Positions 44,006 through 56,772 of a stretch of 64,000 bases of DNA are shown in pieces. The stretch comes from Dehalococcoidia bacterium. Its GTDB lineage: Bacteria; Chloroflexota; Dehalococcoidia; SHYD01. The first letter of the stretch is position 1. Each line of letters opens with the position of its first letter. The stretch spans positions 269,638 to 333,637 of the forward strand of contig CBDDEI010000002.1 of assembly GCA_965226775.1 (NCBI GenBank), given 5' to 3'. The notes under the pieces are model-generated. The model searched no databases and was not told where the DNA came from. It saw nothing but the letters and a program-made list of their open reading frames with translations. The position numbers and the translations under genes were made by a program.

Positions 44006-44671
44006 GTGCAACAGGGGCCGGTGATCACCTGCCACAAGTGCGGACAAGAGAACACTCCCGGTTCGAACTTCTGTAACAGCTGCGGCCAGGATTTAACAGC
44101 TAAGGCACCGCGCACGCCCGCAGATCCGTCCGGCGCGGCGGCTGTCTGCCCACGCTGCCACCGCCCAAACGAGCCCCTATCGCAGTTCTGCTACAACTGT
44201 GGACTGCCCCTCAACGAAGAGGTCGGGTTTCGTCAGCCAACTCCAAGGCTCTCAGCACTCGCACAAGGGCCGCCCGCGGGCTTCTGGGCGCGGCTGGTTG
44301 CGTCATTCCTCGACTATTTGGTCGGATTGTCGATACTTTACTTCACTCTCCCTCTGTTCGGCACCTCTCTCTGGGAGTACGTGACCGCAGAAGAGATCCG
44401 CCCCGAAATTCTTATCGATATCACTAGCGGCTTACTCTACCAGACGCTTCTCGTGGGAGCATTCGCAACGACTGTTGGGAAGCGCACCCTGACCATGTAC
44501 GTGCGCCGGCCCGACGGCTCGCGCGTCGGGTATAGACGCGCCCTTGGAAGGGAACTGGCCAAGTTCCTCTCGGCCATCACGTTTGGCATCGGCTTCCTGA
44601 TGATTGCCTTTAGAAACGACAAGCGCGGATTGCATGACTTGATCGCCGACACCGTCGTAATCAAGCGCTGA
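44006..44671 (+). CDS. RDD family membrane protein with N-terminal double zinc-ribbon
   Basis: CHKCGQ...CNSCGQ and CPRCH...CYNCG ribbons. The RDD core is ...KRGLHDLIADTVV. Confidence 0.7.
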   Translation: MQQGPVITCHKCGQENTPGSNFCNSCGQDLTAKAPRTPADPSGAAAVCPRCHRPNEPLSQFCYNCGLPLNEEVGFRQPTPRLSALAQGPPAGFWARLVASFLDYLVGLSILYFTLPLFGTSLWEYVTAEEIRPEILIDITSGLLYQTLLVGAFATTVGKRTLTMYVRRPDGSRVGYRRALGRELAKFLSAITFGIGFLMIAFRNDKRGLHDLIADTVVIKR

Positions 44672-44675
44672 CGGC

Positions 44676-45536
44676 GTGAGCGCCCTTGGCGTCCTGGTCA
44701 TTGCGTTCACACCAGGGCTGTTCTGGTTGTGGTTCTTCCTCCGGCTCGACCGCGTCCATCCGTCCCCACGCCACCTCATCGTGTCGAGCTTCCTCCTCGG
44801 CATGCTGTCGACTATCCCGGCAGCCATCATCGAATACTTTGTGCTCGACACTGTGGTTTTCGAGCCGGACGCGACACTTTCCGCCATAACCGTAGGCAAG
44901 CTTGCCATGGTTGGCCCAGTCGAGGAATGCAGCAAGTTTCTCGCCGTCCGTTTGGGCGCATACCGCTCCCGCTACTTCGACGAGCCGGCGGATGGCCTCG
45001 TATACAGCGCAGCAACGAGCCTCGGGTTCGCATCTCTGGAGAATGCTTCCTACGTATTGAAGTACGGCCCTGAGGTGATGCTCATTCGCGCTCCCCTCGC
45101 CACGGTTGCTCACCTGGTGTTTGGGAGCCTATGGGGTTACTCCCTTGGCCTGCGGCAACAAGGCCGCGGCCTCTGGGTCGTCGTCGCAGGCTTGGTCGGA
45201 GCCGCAGCCCTACACGACATGTTTAACTTCTCCCTCTTAACCCCCCTCATCACACCCGTGGCCGCCCCGCTCATCGTCCTGGCCGGCGGCCTCTGGTCAT
45301 ACAAGCGCTTCCAATGGGGGCAGCTTGTATCCCCGTTCCGCTACCAGCGCAACATCCCGCTGACCGCCTGCCAGAGCTGTGGGCAACCCATACGCATTGC
45401 CAGCGCCTACTGTCGGTTCTGCGGCAAACGCCAGTCAGTGGTCCGAGCAGCGCAGGTTATCTGTGGCAACTGCCGCCACGTCAACCGTCACGACGCCCGC
45501 TATTGCACAGGATGCGGCGACAAGCTCCTGAGGTAA
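44676..45536 (+). CDS. PrsW family intramembrane metalloprotease with C-terminal zinc-ribbons
   Basis: PVEECSKF (EExxK) and HDMFN motifs. A C-terminal CQSCGQ...CRFCG and CGNC...CTGCG region. Confidence 0.7.
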   Translation: MSALGVLVIAFTPGLFWLWFFLRLDRVHPSPRHLIVSSFLLGMLSTIPAAIIEYFVLDTVVFEPDATLSAITVGKLAMVGPVEECSKFLAVRLGAYRSRYFDEPADGLVYSAATSLGFASLENASYVLKYGPEVMLIRAPLATVAHLVFGSLWGYSLGLRQQGRGLWVVVAGLVGAAALHDMFNFSLLTPLITPVAAPLIVLAGGLWSYKRFQWGQLVSPFRYQRNIPLTACQSCGQPIRIASAYCRFCGKRQSVVRAAQVICGNCRHVNRHDARYCTGCGDKLLR

Positions 45537-45769
45537 CCCAGCACGCCTTGCCGTCCCATGCTGGTAAGGCCCCGTGCATGCTGACGGCTGGTTCTATTTC
45601 CATGACTTTAGCTATCGCATAGCAGCGATTTTACGCACGCACGATTTACATCCCTGCCAACACTTTGTAAGCTCTCTAGGAACTATTGTCGAAACTCGTC
45701 AACATCCCGAGTTGGGTGGGCCTCGGCTAGGCTCTCCCTGCAGATGTCGGCTATTCCTATTGACGAAAG

Positions 45770-48587
45770 GTGATGCCAGCCTTGGATGAGATATGCTTGC
45801 ACCAACTCCTCAAAGACCAGGCTGAGAAGACTCCGACCGAACTGGCGGTAGTAGGCCCGGAAGGGGAAAAGACTTACGCGCAGTTGGACCGTGAATCAGA
45901 TGCTTTAGGCGCATACCTCCGCCGGCATGGGGTCCTAGCAGACGACCGGGTGGGTATCTATATGGAGACCTGCTCGGACTACATCCTCTCTTGCATCGGG
46001 GCTCTGAAAGCAGGCGGCGCATTCATGCCGCTGGCGCTGGAGTCACCAGATACGTTGCTCCAGACCATCTTGAAAGAAGCAAAGCCGAAGGTAATTATTA
46101 CCAAAGAACGCTACTTCCCACGGTTGGCTTCCTACTCCGACGGCCACGTGTTGCGGATAGATACCGAGCACGTCTGGCAAGATATCCCCGTTGAACTCCA
46201 ACCGCCAGCCATCTCTCCGCACAATCTAGCTTTTGTGCCGTACACCTCTGGCACTACCGGTGACCCCAAGGGAGTAATGCAGACCCACGGGGCCATGGTA
46301 GCCTCCTACTACGGGAGGTATAAGTTCAGCTCTTACCAGCCTGGAGACAGGGTCGCATGCAATATCTTCTTTACCTGGGAGTTCTTACGTCCGTTGCTGA
46401 AAGGTGGCACAGTCTACGTTATTCCGGATGATATCGTGCCCCTGCCCCGGTCCGTCATCAAATATATCTCCGAGAACCGCATCACCGAAGTGTTATTCAC
46501 TCCGTCCCTTCTACAAGGGATCTTGAACTCGGCTGAGCCAGCGGTTCTGCGTGCTGCGTTTGAGTCCTTACGAGTTGTTTGGCTCAACGGGGAAGTGGTG
46601 GCTAGCAGCTTGAAGGAAAAGGCCCTGGCGGTATTTCCGTCTTCCACCCGCTTTTTCAATACCTACAGCATCAGCGAAGCCCATGACGTGTGCACGATAG
46701 ACTTGACGTCTGCGCCGCCGGACGTAACGGGCATCTGTCCCGTTGGGCTTCCCATGGATGGAGTAACGACTCAAGTCTTACCGGAAGACGAAACTAAACT
46801 CTCCACGGGTGGAACCGGTGAGCTCTATATCGGTGGAGTGGGGATCGCCAGAGGCTACCTGGAAAGACCTGACTTGGACCAGCAGAAATTCGTAACCAGG
46901 GACGGTGAGCGGTACTACGCTACAGGTGACGTGGCCAAGATTGATCCCCAAGGGGTGGTCACGGTCATTGGCCGCAATGATTCGATGGTCAAAATCCGGG
47001 GATATACCGTTTATTTGGGCGCCATTGAGGAGACGCTAAAGAGGCGTTGCGCGGTGTTGGATAGCGCGGTCTTGCTTGAGTCCGACGGCGAGACTACCCC
47101 GCTGCTGGTAGCCTACGTGGTCCGTAAGCCCGGCGCTACTTGGCGGGTAGACCTACATAGCAGTACTAGCAGGGGCCTACGGAACCTTGTGGAGCGGTAC
47201 CTGCCTCACTATATGGTGCCTAGCCAGTACGTGGAACTAGATGAACTGCCAATAGACCGGCAGACAGGCAAACTTGAGCGGAAAGCTTTAGCCAGGCCCC
47301 GTAGAAGCAAGGCTGACTCCCTAGACACAGTGATGCCCGCAGAACAGGCCTCGCAACCGCAAGGGCGGGTGTTGATGGGAACACTATGGGGCGAGGCGTT
47401 GGGCATTGAGGCCGGGGCGCTAAAGGATGATTGGGATTTCTTCGACCTCGGTGGAAACTCACTCTCAAGCCTTAGCTTGATCTTGGGTATCGAACAAGCA
47501 TTTGGAGTCAAGCTGGATGGGACCGAAGTTTATGACTACCCGACAATAGATAAACTAGTAACCCATCTGGCCAATGGAGGGTCACCCAAGATGGCTGAAT
47601 ACTCACTGGCCGAAGACTCGCTCCTAGACCCGGCGGTGGTCCCTGCCGGAGGTGGTGGATCTGGCCGCCTTACCGAGGCCTCCAAGATATTGGTGACAGG
47701 CGCGACAGGTTTCCTAGGGGCACACCTTCTTGATGCGTTATTGCGCCACACGGACCCCTCTACGAAATTCTATTGCATAGCCAGGCCGACAGGCGGTCAG
47801 AACAGATCAAACCAACAACCGGGTTGTAGAGGCGCTAAGGTTCTACGAGTTAGCTGGACAAACGCTGCAAGACCGCATCGTTACTGTGACGGGCGACTTA
47901 ACGCAGACTCGATTCGGGTTAGGCGACGATGAGTACCGTGAACTGGCAGAAGAAGTCGACCTGATCTTCCACTGCGCCGCATCGGTCAACTACGCCTATT
48001 CCTACCCAATCATCAAACCCCATACGGTGGATGGCACCATCGAAGTCATTAAATTTGCCTGTCACGCCAAAACCAAGCCGATGCAGTATATCTCCTCCAA
48101 CGGCGTTTTCCCGGGGGGTGATGCTGCTCCCTACCTAGAGAACAGGGACATTGATGACTTTGTCGATAGGATGGAGGGAGGCTACAACCAGGCCAAATGG
48201 GTGGCTGAGCGGCTGGTGTGGTCTGCCGAGTCAAGGGGTCTGCCGGTCTGTATGTTTCGGCCAGGCAATATCGGCCATCACAGCGTTACCGGTGTGAATA
48301 ATCCCAACGACTTCCTTACGTTGATAATCAAAGCCTGTTTGCGTGTGAACTGCGCTCCGGTAAAGGCAGGCTGGTTTTTCGAGATGACTCCTGTAGATTT
48401 CCTGTGCACCGCCATCGCCAAGATTGCCGATGCCCCCGGGCATTTTGGGAACGTCTATAACGTGGTCCAACAGGCCCCGGTGCCTGCAGACCACGTCTTC
48501 ACCAACATGAGAGACCAGGGCTTGGTGGCAGACTTGGCGCCTTTGCCCGAGTGGCGGTTGAGGTTAGAGAGCGGCGGCGGACAGTGA
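45770..48587 (+). CDS. NRPS-like adenylation-thiolation-reductase (A-T-R) enzyme, frameshifted near 47790-47810
   Basis: AMP-binding core YTSGTTGDPKGV. PCP motif FFDLGGNSLSSL. Reductase NAD motif ILVTGATGFLGAHLL. The reductase domain continues in ORF 47886..48587 (...RIVTVTGDLTQTRFGLGDDEYRELAEEVDLIFHCAASVNY...) after a frame change. Confidence 0.75.
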
Positions 48588-49048
48588 AAACGACCTAGAA
48601 TTGAAACTGTTGGCTCAAACTCTGGACTCCGTTGAGTCTTATCTAACCGATACCAGTGTCTACGACAACAGCAGGTTCAGCCAAGTCTTACGCCAATTGG
48701 GTCTCGCGCCGCCAGTAGTGGATGTGGACTACGTGACAAGGTTCCTGGGGGAACAGCGGCAATAAACCGCCAAATAGGGCTGACTGGCGCCTTCTCCCAG
48801 TGTTCTGCGTCGGTGGCATGATCCTCCAGCGGGCTAAAGCGGGCCGGAGGCACGGGCTAGGTCGCCATACAGGTGGGGCTTGCTCAGACATAGTAGTCCA
48901 TAAGGCCAACTCAGTCCTCGGTGCAGCCCTGTCAACGAATGGGCACGCCCCTGAACTTTTGCTCTTGAAGCACTGTACGCGAGAGGCAACCAATGCTAAC
49001 AGTGGGATCAAGTCAATCACCGCAGTCGAGAAACGAGAGGCTTCTGTG

Positions 49049-50410
49049 CTATTCAAGGTCTTCACCCATGACTAGATCGTTCCAGTCCGGAATGTCGCCC
49101 GCCTCGATAACGGATGTTATCCCCTGCCAACACAACTCTTGAGCGCGGCTGACGAACGCTGACTCGTCGAACGAAGACTTGGCCCTGTCACCTCTCAGAC
49201 TCCCAGTATGTACGACATCGGAGCGCGCAGCGTAAATCTGCCGGAATTCCTCTCTAAGCTCCTGTCGTTCTGTCTTGCTCTTACCCAGGTGCCATGCAGC
49301 GTGGAGGGCGAACCTCATATTGACTTCACCTTGTGAATCGGGAACATAAAGAGACTCAAGAGCTATGCCGAGGTCAATAATCTGGTCAAGTGGATTATCC
49401 TCCGCCATAGACTTCGCCCAACGATCTATCGGTATGCGTAGCCTATTCCACGTCTCTGTTGGCACTTGAGTTAGTCCCCGATACAAGGTTGTAATGGTAT
49501 CCACTTGAGCGGGACTGAGCTGCACCTTTGCGCCGAGACCGGAAACAGGCATGGACCCACTGTAACCGCTCGGACCTATGCCCCAAAGGGAACTCAAGTC
49601 AAAAATCTCGTAGTCCAACAGAGAGGTCCAGGCCATCACAGATTCAACATTGCAGCGACCAGCCACCGCCAGAGCCTGGCAGAGCGTGTTCAGGTTGGGG
49701 TCCGGAATCTCCTGACCTTTCAGTCTGATAGTAAAGTGTTTTTCTGGCCCCGATTCCAACGTATAAGGCCCTGCTGGCCTGTGGAAAACTGGAGAGACCT
49801 CGTATTCCACGCGGACCAAGGTCCTTCCCAAGAGATCGTTGAGGCTGATGGCATGTAGTCGGTCGGGTTCGGTGCTGACTAAGGGTAGGTGAGGTGGAAG
49901 TTCGGACGTCGATTCGGGCAGAGGCATGAGCGTTATCCCGTCAAACATCTCAACGGCCGCTGGGATACTTACGCCGGTCAGTAAGAAGAATCCATAGAAA
50001 CTGCATGACGATTTCGTCGTGCACTCTACGAAGGCATGTGCGGCCTCAGATGGTCCATCCAATATTGCGCGTTTAAGGAGATTCTGTAGGACATCTTCGA
50101 CTGGTGAACCGCTACCTAGGCCTCCGGCAAAGGCGATTGTTGCAGAGTATATCCTTCCGTCACGGACATGATTGCCTAGCTCCCGATTGACAAATCTCAA
50201 TACCTTGTTCTTTACTTCGGTCTGGCTGATTTTGAGCCGGCATGAAGAGATCAAGGATCTAAGAGCAGGGTCGTAGACCGACCGACACCTTTGCAAGAAC
50301 TGCCTAAATTGTACAGGACTCAATTGCTCAGATTGGCCATGCCGAATTGTCACGCTCTGCAACGCCTCTGACAACAGACTTTCGAGCTCCACTATCTTGC
50401 TCGTGTTCAT
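49049..50410 (-). CDS. hypothetical protein with C-terminal HEPN-like Rx4H motif (start uncertain, possibly 50602)
   Basis: Low-GC patch. ...LDQIIDLGIALESLYVPDSQGEVNMRFALHAAWHLGKSKTERQELREEFRQIYAARSDVVHTGSL... contains R-x4-H. Confidence 0.4.
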   Translation of the reverse strand: MNTSKIVELESLLSEALQSVTIRHGQSEQLSPVQFRQFLQRCRSVYDPALRSLISSCRLKISQTEVKNKVLRFVNRELGNHVRDGRIYSATIAFAGGLGSGSPVEDVLQNLLKRAILDGPSEAAHAFVECTTKSSCSFYGFFLLTGVSIPAAVEMFDGITLMPLPESTSELPPHLPLVSTEPDRLHAISLNDLLGRTLVRVEYEVSPVFHRPAGPYTLESGPEKHFTIRLKGQEIPDPNLNTLCQALAVAGRCNVESVMAWTSLLDYEIFDLSSLWGIGPSGYSGSMPVSGLGAKVQLSPAQVDTITTLYRGLTQVPTETWNRLRIPIDRWAKSMAEDNPLDQIIDLGIALESLYVPDSQGEVNMRFALHAAWHLGKSKTERQELREEFRQIYAARSDVVHTGSLRGDRAKSSFDESAFVSRAQELCWQGITSVIEAGDIPDWNDLVMGEDLE

Positions 50411-51073
50411 TACGTTCCACCCCATAGGTCGGTAGCTCGCCACAGTCGATCCTGTGACAATACGACTACCATAGATTGCTTGTACCCTTGCATTCCATTC
50501 TAGCGGCCTCAACGTCCCAAGAGGAGCCATCCACGTAAACCACATCGCCCGTCCAACACAAAGGAGGTTGCCAGAAGGGCGCAATCGGTGGTCTTCTAGC
50601 ACATCACACTCGTTACCGAAGCTGTCCCGCTGCTCCTCTGCCCCGATGTTCGCCTCATCGAGCGCGACCGCTTAGTCCAGGGGCATCCGAAGAGAGTGCA
50701 GATTGGAGGTCTTGTCGAGGGACAGTTCCTCATTCTTGGCTGTGTGGGGTGAGAAAGGCCCGACGCCCAGTGTCTCCCTCGCCTATCTGCTAAGAGAGCA
50801 GTTTTGAATTAACAACAGCCATGTGGGAGAGTGCAACACCAGTGGGCGTTCCCGCTCCACGTCTGCACTCTAAATTGACCGCCGCGCGGCCGGTGTCTGG
50901 CAGCAGCTTTCCCGTCAACCCAGGCCCATCCGACCGCCGAAAGGATGGCCGGATGGGCGATCGTGATCAAACATGCCGCTAAAGAAACCTGTGCCGCAGT
51001 GACTGGGCGGGGATACCGTGGAGTAGTGCGCCCTGCGCAAGTGGCTGCGGGGGCTGCCGTGATTCCGCAAGAC

Positions 51074-53301
<2,228 letters not shown>

Positions 53302-53352
53302 ACTTAGCGAGGTGATCGTAGCGGTCGTCTCCTTTACATCCGAGAAATGAAT

Positions 53353-53384
53353 GGTAGGGGCGGGTTTGAAAGCCCGCCCCTACC
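53353..53384. repeat. REP-like perfect palindrome (copy 1), likely katG terminator hairpin
   Basis: GGTAGGGGCGGGTTTGAAAGCCCGCCCCTACC, 50 nt after the katG stop. Confidence 0.6.
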
Positions 53385-53778
53385 CTCGTTTAAACCAGAA
53401 TTATCGGGGCTTCTGGGCTGCGCGTGTTGCCGCTGCTAAATGATGAAACCCGCCTATGCAGCGGTTGTGAAGAATAGCATAAGTAGGGCGCCTGCGTCGC
53501 CCTTAGACTGGTCGCCGTGTTCGGCGCCATTCGCTACGGGCAAGACCGTACTCAACCAGCAGAGTTGCGGGTCGGTACGGATGTCTGCTATATGAGCGAT
53601 TGCTAGAATAGGTTTTAGGGCGCAGAACTGGTACCTTCCATCTTGGCTGAGTTAGCTCTGGGATCTTGTTGCCCGAATAGAACCCCAAGAACATAAAGTG
53701 CTGATCCAATGGGCTTGGGCCCGAGAATCCACGGTAACCCTTCGCTGCACAAGACAGGCTGCCATAGCACCCACAGCA

Positions 53779-53810
53779 CGTAGGGGCGGGTTTGTAACCC
53801 GCTACCGTAG
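53779..53810. repeat. REP-like palindrome (degenerate copy 2)
   Basis: CGTAGGGGCGGGTTTGTAACCCGCTACCGTAG. Confidence 0.5.
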
Positions 53811-53945
53811 AACTAGAAGTACCTTCCATGCGCGTGTTCGGCGCTTTCGCTACGGGCAAGACCGTACTCAACCAGCAGAGCTACGGATGTCTGCTATATA
53901 CGGATGTCTGCTATATTAACGCTTGCTAGAATAGGTTTTTGGGCC

Positions 53946-55121
53946 ATGAACATACCGACTGACTACAAACCGGGTTACGAAAAGGCCCACGCGATCGCGC
54001 CCGATATCGCGGACAAATACATCGCACACACACACATTGGGGATCCATTGGCCGAAGCGATGACGGCAGACCTCGCAGAGCTTGGCGAAGAAGCGTCAAC
54101 GAGACTCATCCAAGCGGCTATGGAAAACGAAGGTGAGAAGGCTCTGCGGGACGCGCCAGCCTCGCTGCGAAAATTCTTCAAAGAAGCGGAAACTCCGCCG
54201 GAATGGCTCGATTATGCAGCATTCGCCCCGGGTGTCCGCATGTTTCACAGGCACTCGTCGGTAGTCCTAGCGGCACTCGTCGCAGGCGTTCTGATAGAAG
54301 GCTTTACGACGAATATAGCAAAGTCCTTCTTCATCACCGGGCGGGTGCGTGACCAGGGCGTCAGGCGTTTGGGGCAAAATAACCGTCACATGACGGAGAT
54401 ATTCCTTCCCGGCGGCCTGTACAGGACCGGAGACGGTTGGAAACTTTCGGTCCGTATCAGGATACTTCATGCACGGTTAAGACACCTCCTAAATTCTTCG
54501 GAAGAGTGGAATACCGAAGCTTGGGGTGTGCCGATTAGCGCTGCGCATTTGGGTTACGCCATTTCCGCTTTTTCTGCAAGGCTGCTGTTGCACATGAAAA
54601 CCTTGGGCGCTGACTACACTCCAGAAGAGCACGCGAGCTTCATGGCCATTTGGCGCTATTCAGGGCATTTGATGGGCATTCCTAAAACCATCCTTTTCCA
54701 CGATGCCGATGAAGCACTGAGACTGTATGATATCGGCCACATATGCGAGCCTAGTGCCGAAACTGAATCGGTCGTCATGGCACACTCTTTGGTCAACTCA
54801 GCTCCGTTGATTGCTGGGAAGACAGATCCGGCCGCTCGCCGCGACTTAGCTGGGTACGTTTACCGCATTTCCCGCGGACTTATCGGAAGAGAGACTGCCG
54901 ATTCACTGATGTACCCACCGCTCTCCTCCTTTGGAGCTGTCTGGTGGTTCAAGACGCAACGGCGTTATGGCAAGATCCTGAGTAAACTGTTTCCAGGCCG
55001 TTACGAAAACAGTAACTTCACCAGATTCACGTCCTTGCTCGATACTTCAACGTTCGACCAGAACGGAATCCGCTACACACTGCCCGACCACGTATACTCA
55101 GAAGAGTCCACCAGTTGGTGA
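53946..55121 (+). CDS. MpaB/DUF2236 family oxygenase-like protein
   Basis: About 390 aa. ...LVAGVLIEGFTTNIAKSFFITGRVRDQGVRRLGQN...RIRILHARLRHLL... is typical of the DUF2236 (ER-bound oxygenase MpaB-like) domain. Start set at MNIPTDYKPGY. Confidence 0.55.
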   Translation: MNIPTDYKPGYEKAHAIAPDIADKYIAHTHIGDPLAEAMTADLAELGEEASTRLIQAAMENEGEKALRDAPASLRKFFKEAETPPEWLDYAAFAPGVRMFHRHSSVVLAALVAGVLIEGFTTNIAKSFFITGRVRDQGVRRLGQNNRHMTEIFLPGGLYRTGDGWKLSVRIRILHARLRHLLNSSEEWNTEAWGVPISAAHLGYAISAFSARLLLHMKTLGADYTPEEHASFMAIWRYSGHLMGIPKTILFHDADEALRLYDIGHICEPSAETESVVMAHSLVNSAPLIAGKTDPAARRDLAGYVYRISRGLIGRETADSLMYPPLSSFGAVWWFKTQRRYGKILSKLFPGRYENSNFTRFTSLLDTSTFDQNGIRYTLPDHVYSEESTSW

Positions 55122-55382
55122 AGTAGGCGACGCCACTTGACGGGCGATGGCGTCGCCGCTCCGTTCGTCGCCGGGTTGTCGCTCCGCCGGAACCACCAAG
55201 GGTCTCGCCTTCCGTAACACCTGGTGAGGCGGCGCACTGAGCGGCTGCCGTCGATTACCCCCGCCCGCGCCGGACGCCTCCGATGTACCCCTCTCGCCCG
55301 CCATCTGTAGGTAGGGCGTGGCCGACCTAATTGCCGCCCTCCGCGCGTCCACGTATGTGACTTTTTTTGTTGCTCTGAAGAA

Positions 55383-55447
55383 CGTAGGGGCGGGTTTGAA
55401 ACCCGCCCCTACTCCGCGTATGCAGCGGTTGTGTAGAATGGCATAAG
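55383..55447. repeat. REP-like palindrome (copy 3) plus 28-nt tail also found at 53456-53484
   Basis: CGTAGGGGCGGGTTTGAAACCCGCCCCTAC followed by ATGCAGCGGTTGTGTAGAATGGCATAAG. The tail is nearly identical at 53456-53484. Confidence 0.6.
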
Positions 55448-55556
55448 CCGGGCGGCTGCTCCTGGATTGGCATGTCCGCTGCGTCTCTGGTAGACGCTGG
55501 CTCGGTAGCACACCACGAGCCCGGCCAAACTTAGTCCCACGTTCGAGGTTGCCCGG

Positions 55557-56717
55557 ATGAACGCCAAACCCAAGACTGCGCTACTCTCCGCCATAGGCAT
55601 CGGGATAGTCCTGCTGGCCGCCGCTGGTTGTCAGGACAGCCCTTCCCCGGAACCGGGCCAAGAGCTGCGTACGCGGCCCAACGCGTCGGTAAGCGGCTCC
55701 GTCACCTATCGGGAGCGGCTAGCCCTCACCCCTGGCGCAACGCTAGCAGTACAACTACGGGACGTATCTCTGCAGGACACCGCCTCCATACTCATCGCTG
55801 AGCAGGTCATACCCAACCCAGGCCAGGTGCCGATAGCGTTCAAGGTTGAATACAACAAGGACGACCTAAACCCGAGGAACACCTACTCCATAACCGCCCG
55901 GATAAGGGAATCCGATGGCCGTCTCGCCTTCACTAACGATACTGCTTATGAGGTGATTACCCGGGGCAACCCCAACAACGTGGATATGGTGCTAGTGCTG
56001 GTTGAGCCGCCTCCGGACCCTTCCAATAGTGGCGATAAGAGCGGCTCGAGCCGGCCAAAGTGGGTAGAGGTTCCAGTTCCAATTGTTGGAGCTAAGGTGC
56101 TGCAAGAGAACTCGGAATATCTGCTGCTGGTTACCTTTCATCAGTCCAGCATAGAGGGCTGTGTTCGACCCGGCGGCCAGGAGCTCAAGATGAAAGGCTC
56201 TGACATCATCGTCACGGTAACTCTAATGCAGCCGCCGCCCACTCCCTGGGCCATCCCCTGCGCCGAGGAGTTGCTGGAGGTGGAAACCATTGTGCCTCTG
56301 GGAGCGTCCTTCGCGCCGGGCAAAACCTACCGGGTGAAGGTTAATGGCCGCGTCACCACTGCCTTTACCTTGCTGGGGCCGGACTTTCCGCATTCGTTTA
56401 TCGCCTTGTCGCCGATCCAGAGGGTGTCGGTAGTGACGCTAAAAGGCGCCCCGCTTCAATACGAGCTGCGCGTCGTCTCCGCTCTGCCTCTGGGCAGCAG
56501 GTGCTCCAAGTTCAACGGCTACGAAGTCCGGCGCGCCGACCCGACGAGGATAGAAGTAGACGTAACCCACCACGCGGTCGCCGACCGCGCTATCAGGTGC
56601 ACTAAGGACTATCCGCTAGTGGAAACGTCCATACCCCTGGGTTCCGACTTTGAGCCGGGGCTGGAGTACACAGTAAGTGTAAACTCCGACAAGACCCAAA
56701 CCTTTCTGGCCCGCTAG
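55557..56717 (+). CDS. lipoprotein with N-terminal YbaY-like domain
   Basis: Lipobox LLAAAGC. ...GSVTYRERLALTPGATLAVQLRDVSLQDTASILIAEQVIPNPGQVPIAFKVEYNKDDLNPRNTYSITARIRESDGRLAFTND.... Confidence 0.55.
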   Translation: MNAKPKTALLSAIGIGIVLLAAAGCQDSPSPEPGQELRTRPNASVSGSVTYRERLALTPGATLAVQLRDVSLQDTASILIAEQVIPNPGQVPIAFKVEYNKDDLNPRNTYSITARIRESDGRLAFTNDTAYEVITRGNPNNVDMVLVLVEPPPDPSNSGDKSGSSRPKWVEVPVPIVGAKVLQENSEYLLLVTFHQSSIEGCVRPGGQELKMKGSDIIVTVTLMQPPPTPWAIPCAEELLEVETIVPLGASFAPGKTYRVKVNGRVTTAFTLLGPDFPHSFIALSPIQRVSVVTLKGAPLQYELRVVSALPLGSRCSKFNGYEVRRADPTRIEVDVTHHAVADRAIRCTKDYPLVETSIPLGSDFEPGLEYTVSVNSDKTQTFLAR

Positions 56718-56772
56718 CGGTCACGGGCAACAGCCGCAGTGTGGCGGCAGGTGAGCGGTCGGTGGGCTGTGG

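Noticed and set aside
50920-50960. Inverted repeat CCCATCCG...CGGATGGG upstream of katG, considered as a PerR/Fur-type operator
   Set aside because: It is GC-rich and unlike known AT-rich Per/Fur boxes. It could simply be a terminator-like hairpin for the HEPN gene region. The evidence is insufficient.
53503-53871. 122-aa ORF(-) and 73-aa ORF(+) in the katG-MpaB intergenic repeat region
   Set aside because: They span the duplicated and palindromic repeats and have no coding signature.
53353-55447. Possible CRISPR array
   Set aside because: The repeats are palindromic with irregular spacing of 400 and 1600 nt. The sequence between them is not spacer-like. No cas genes are present.
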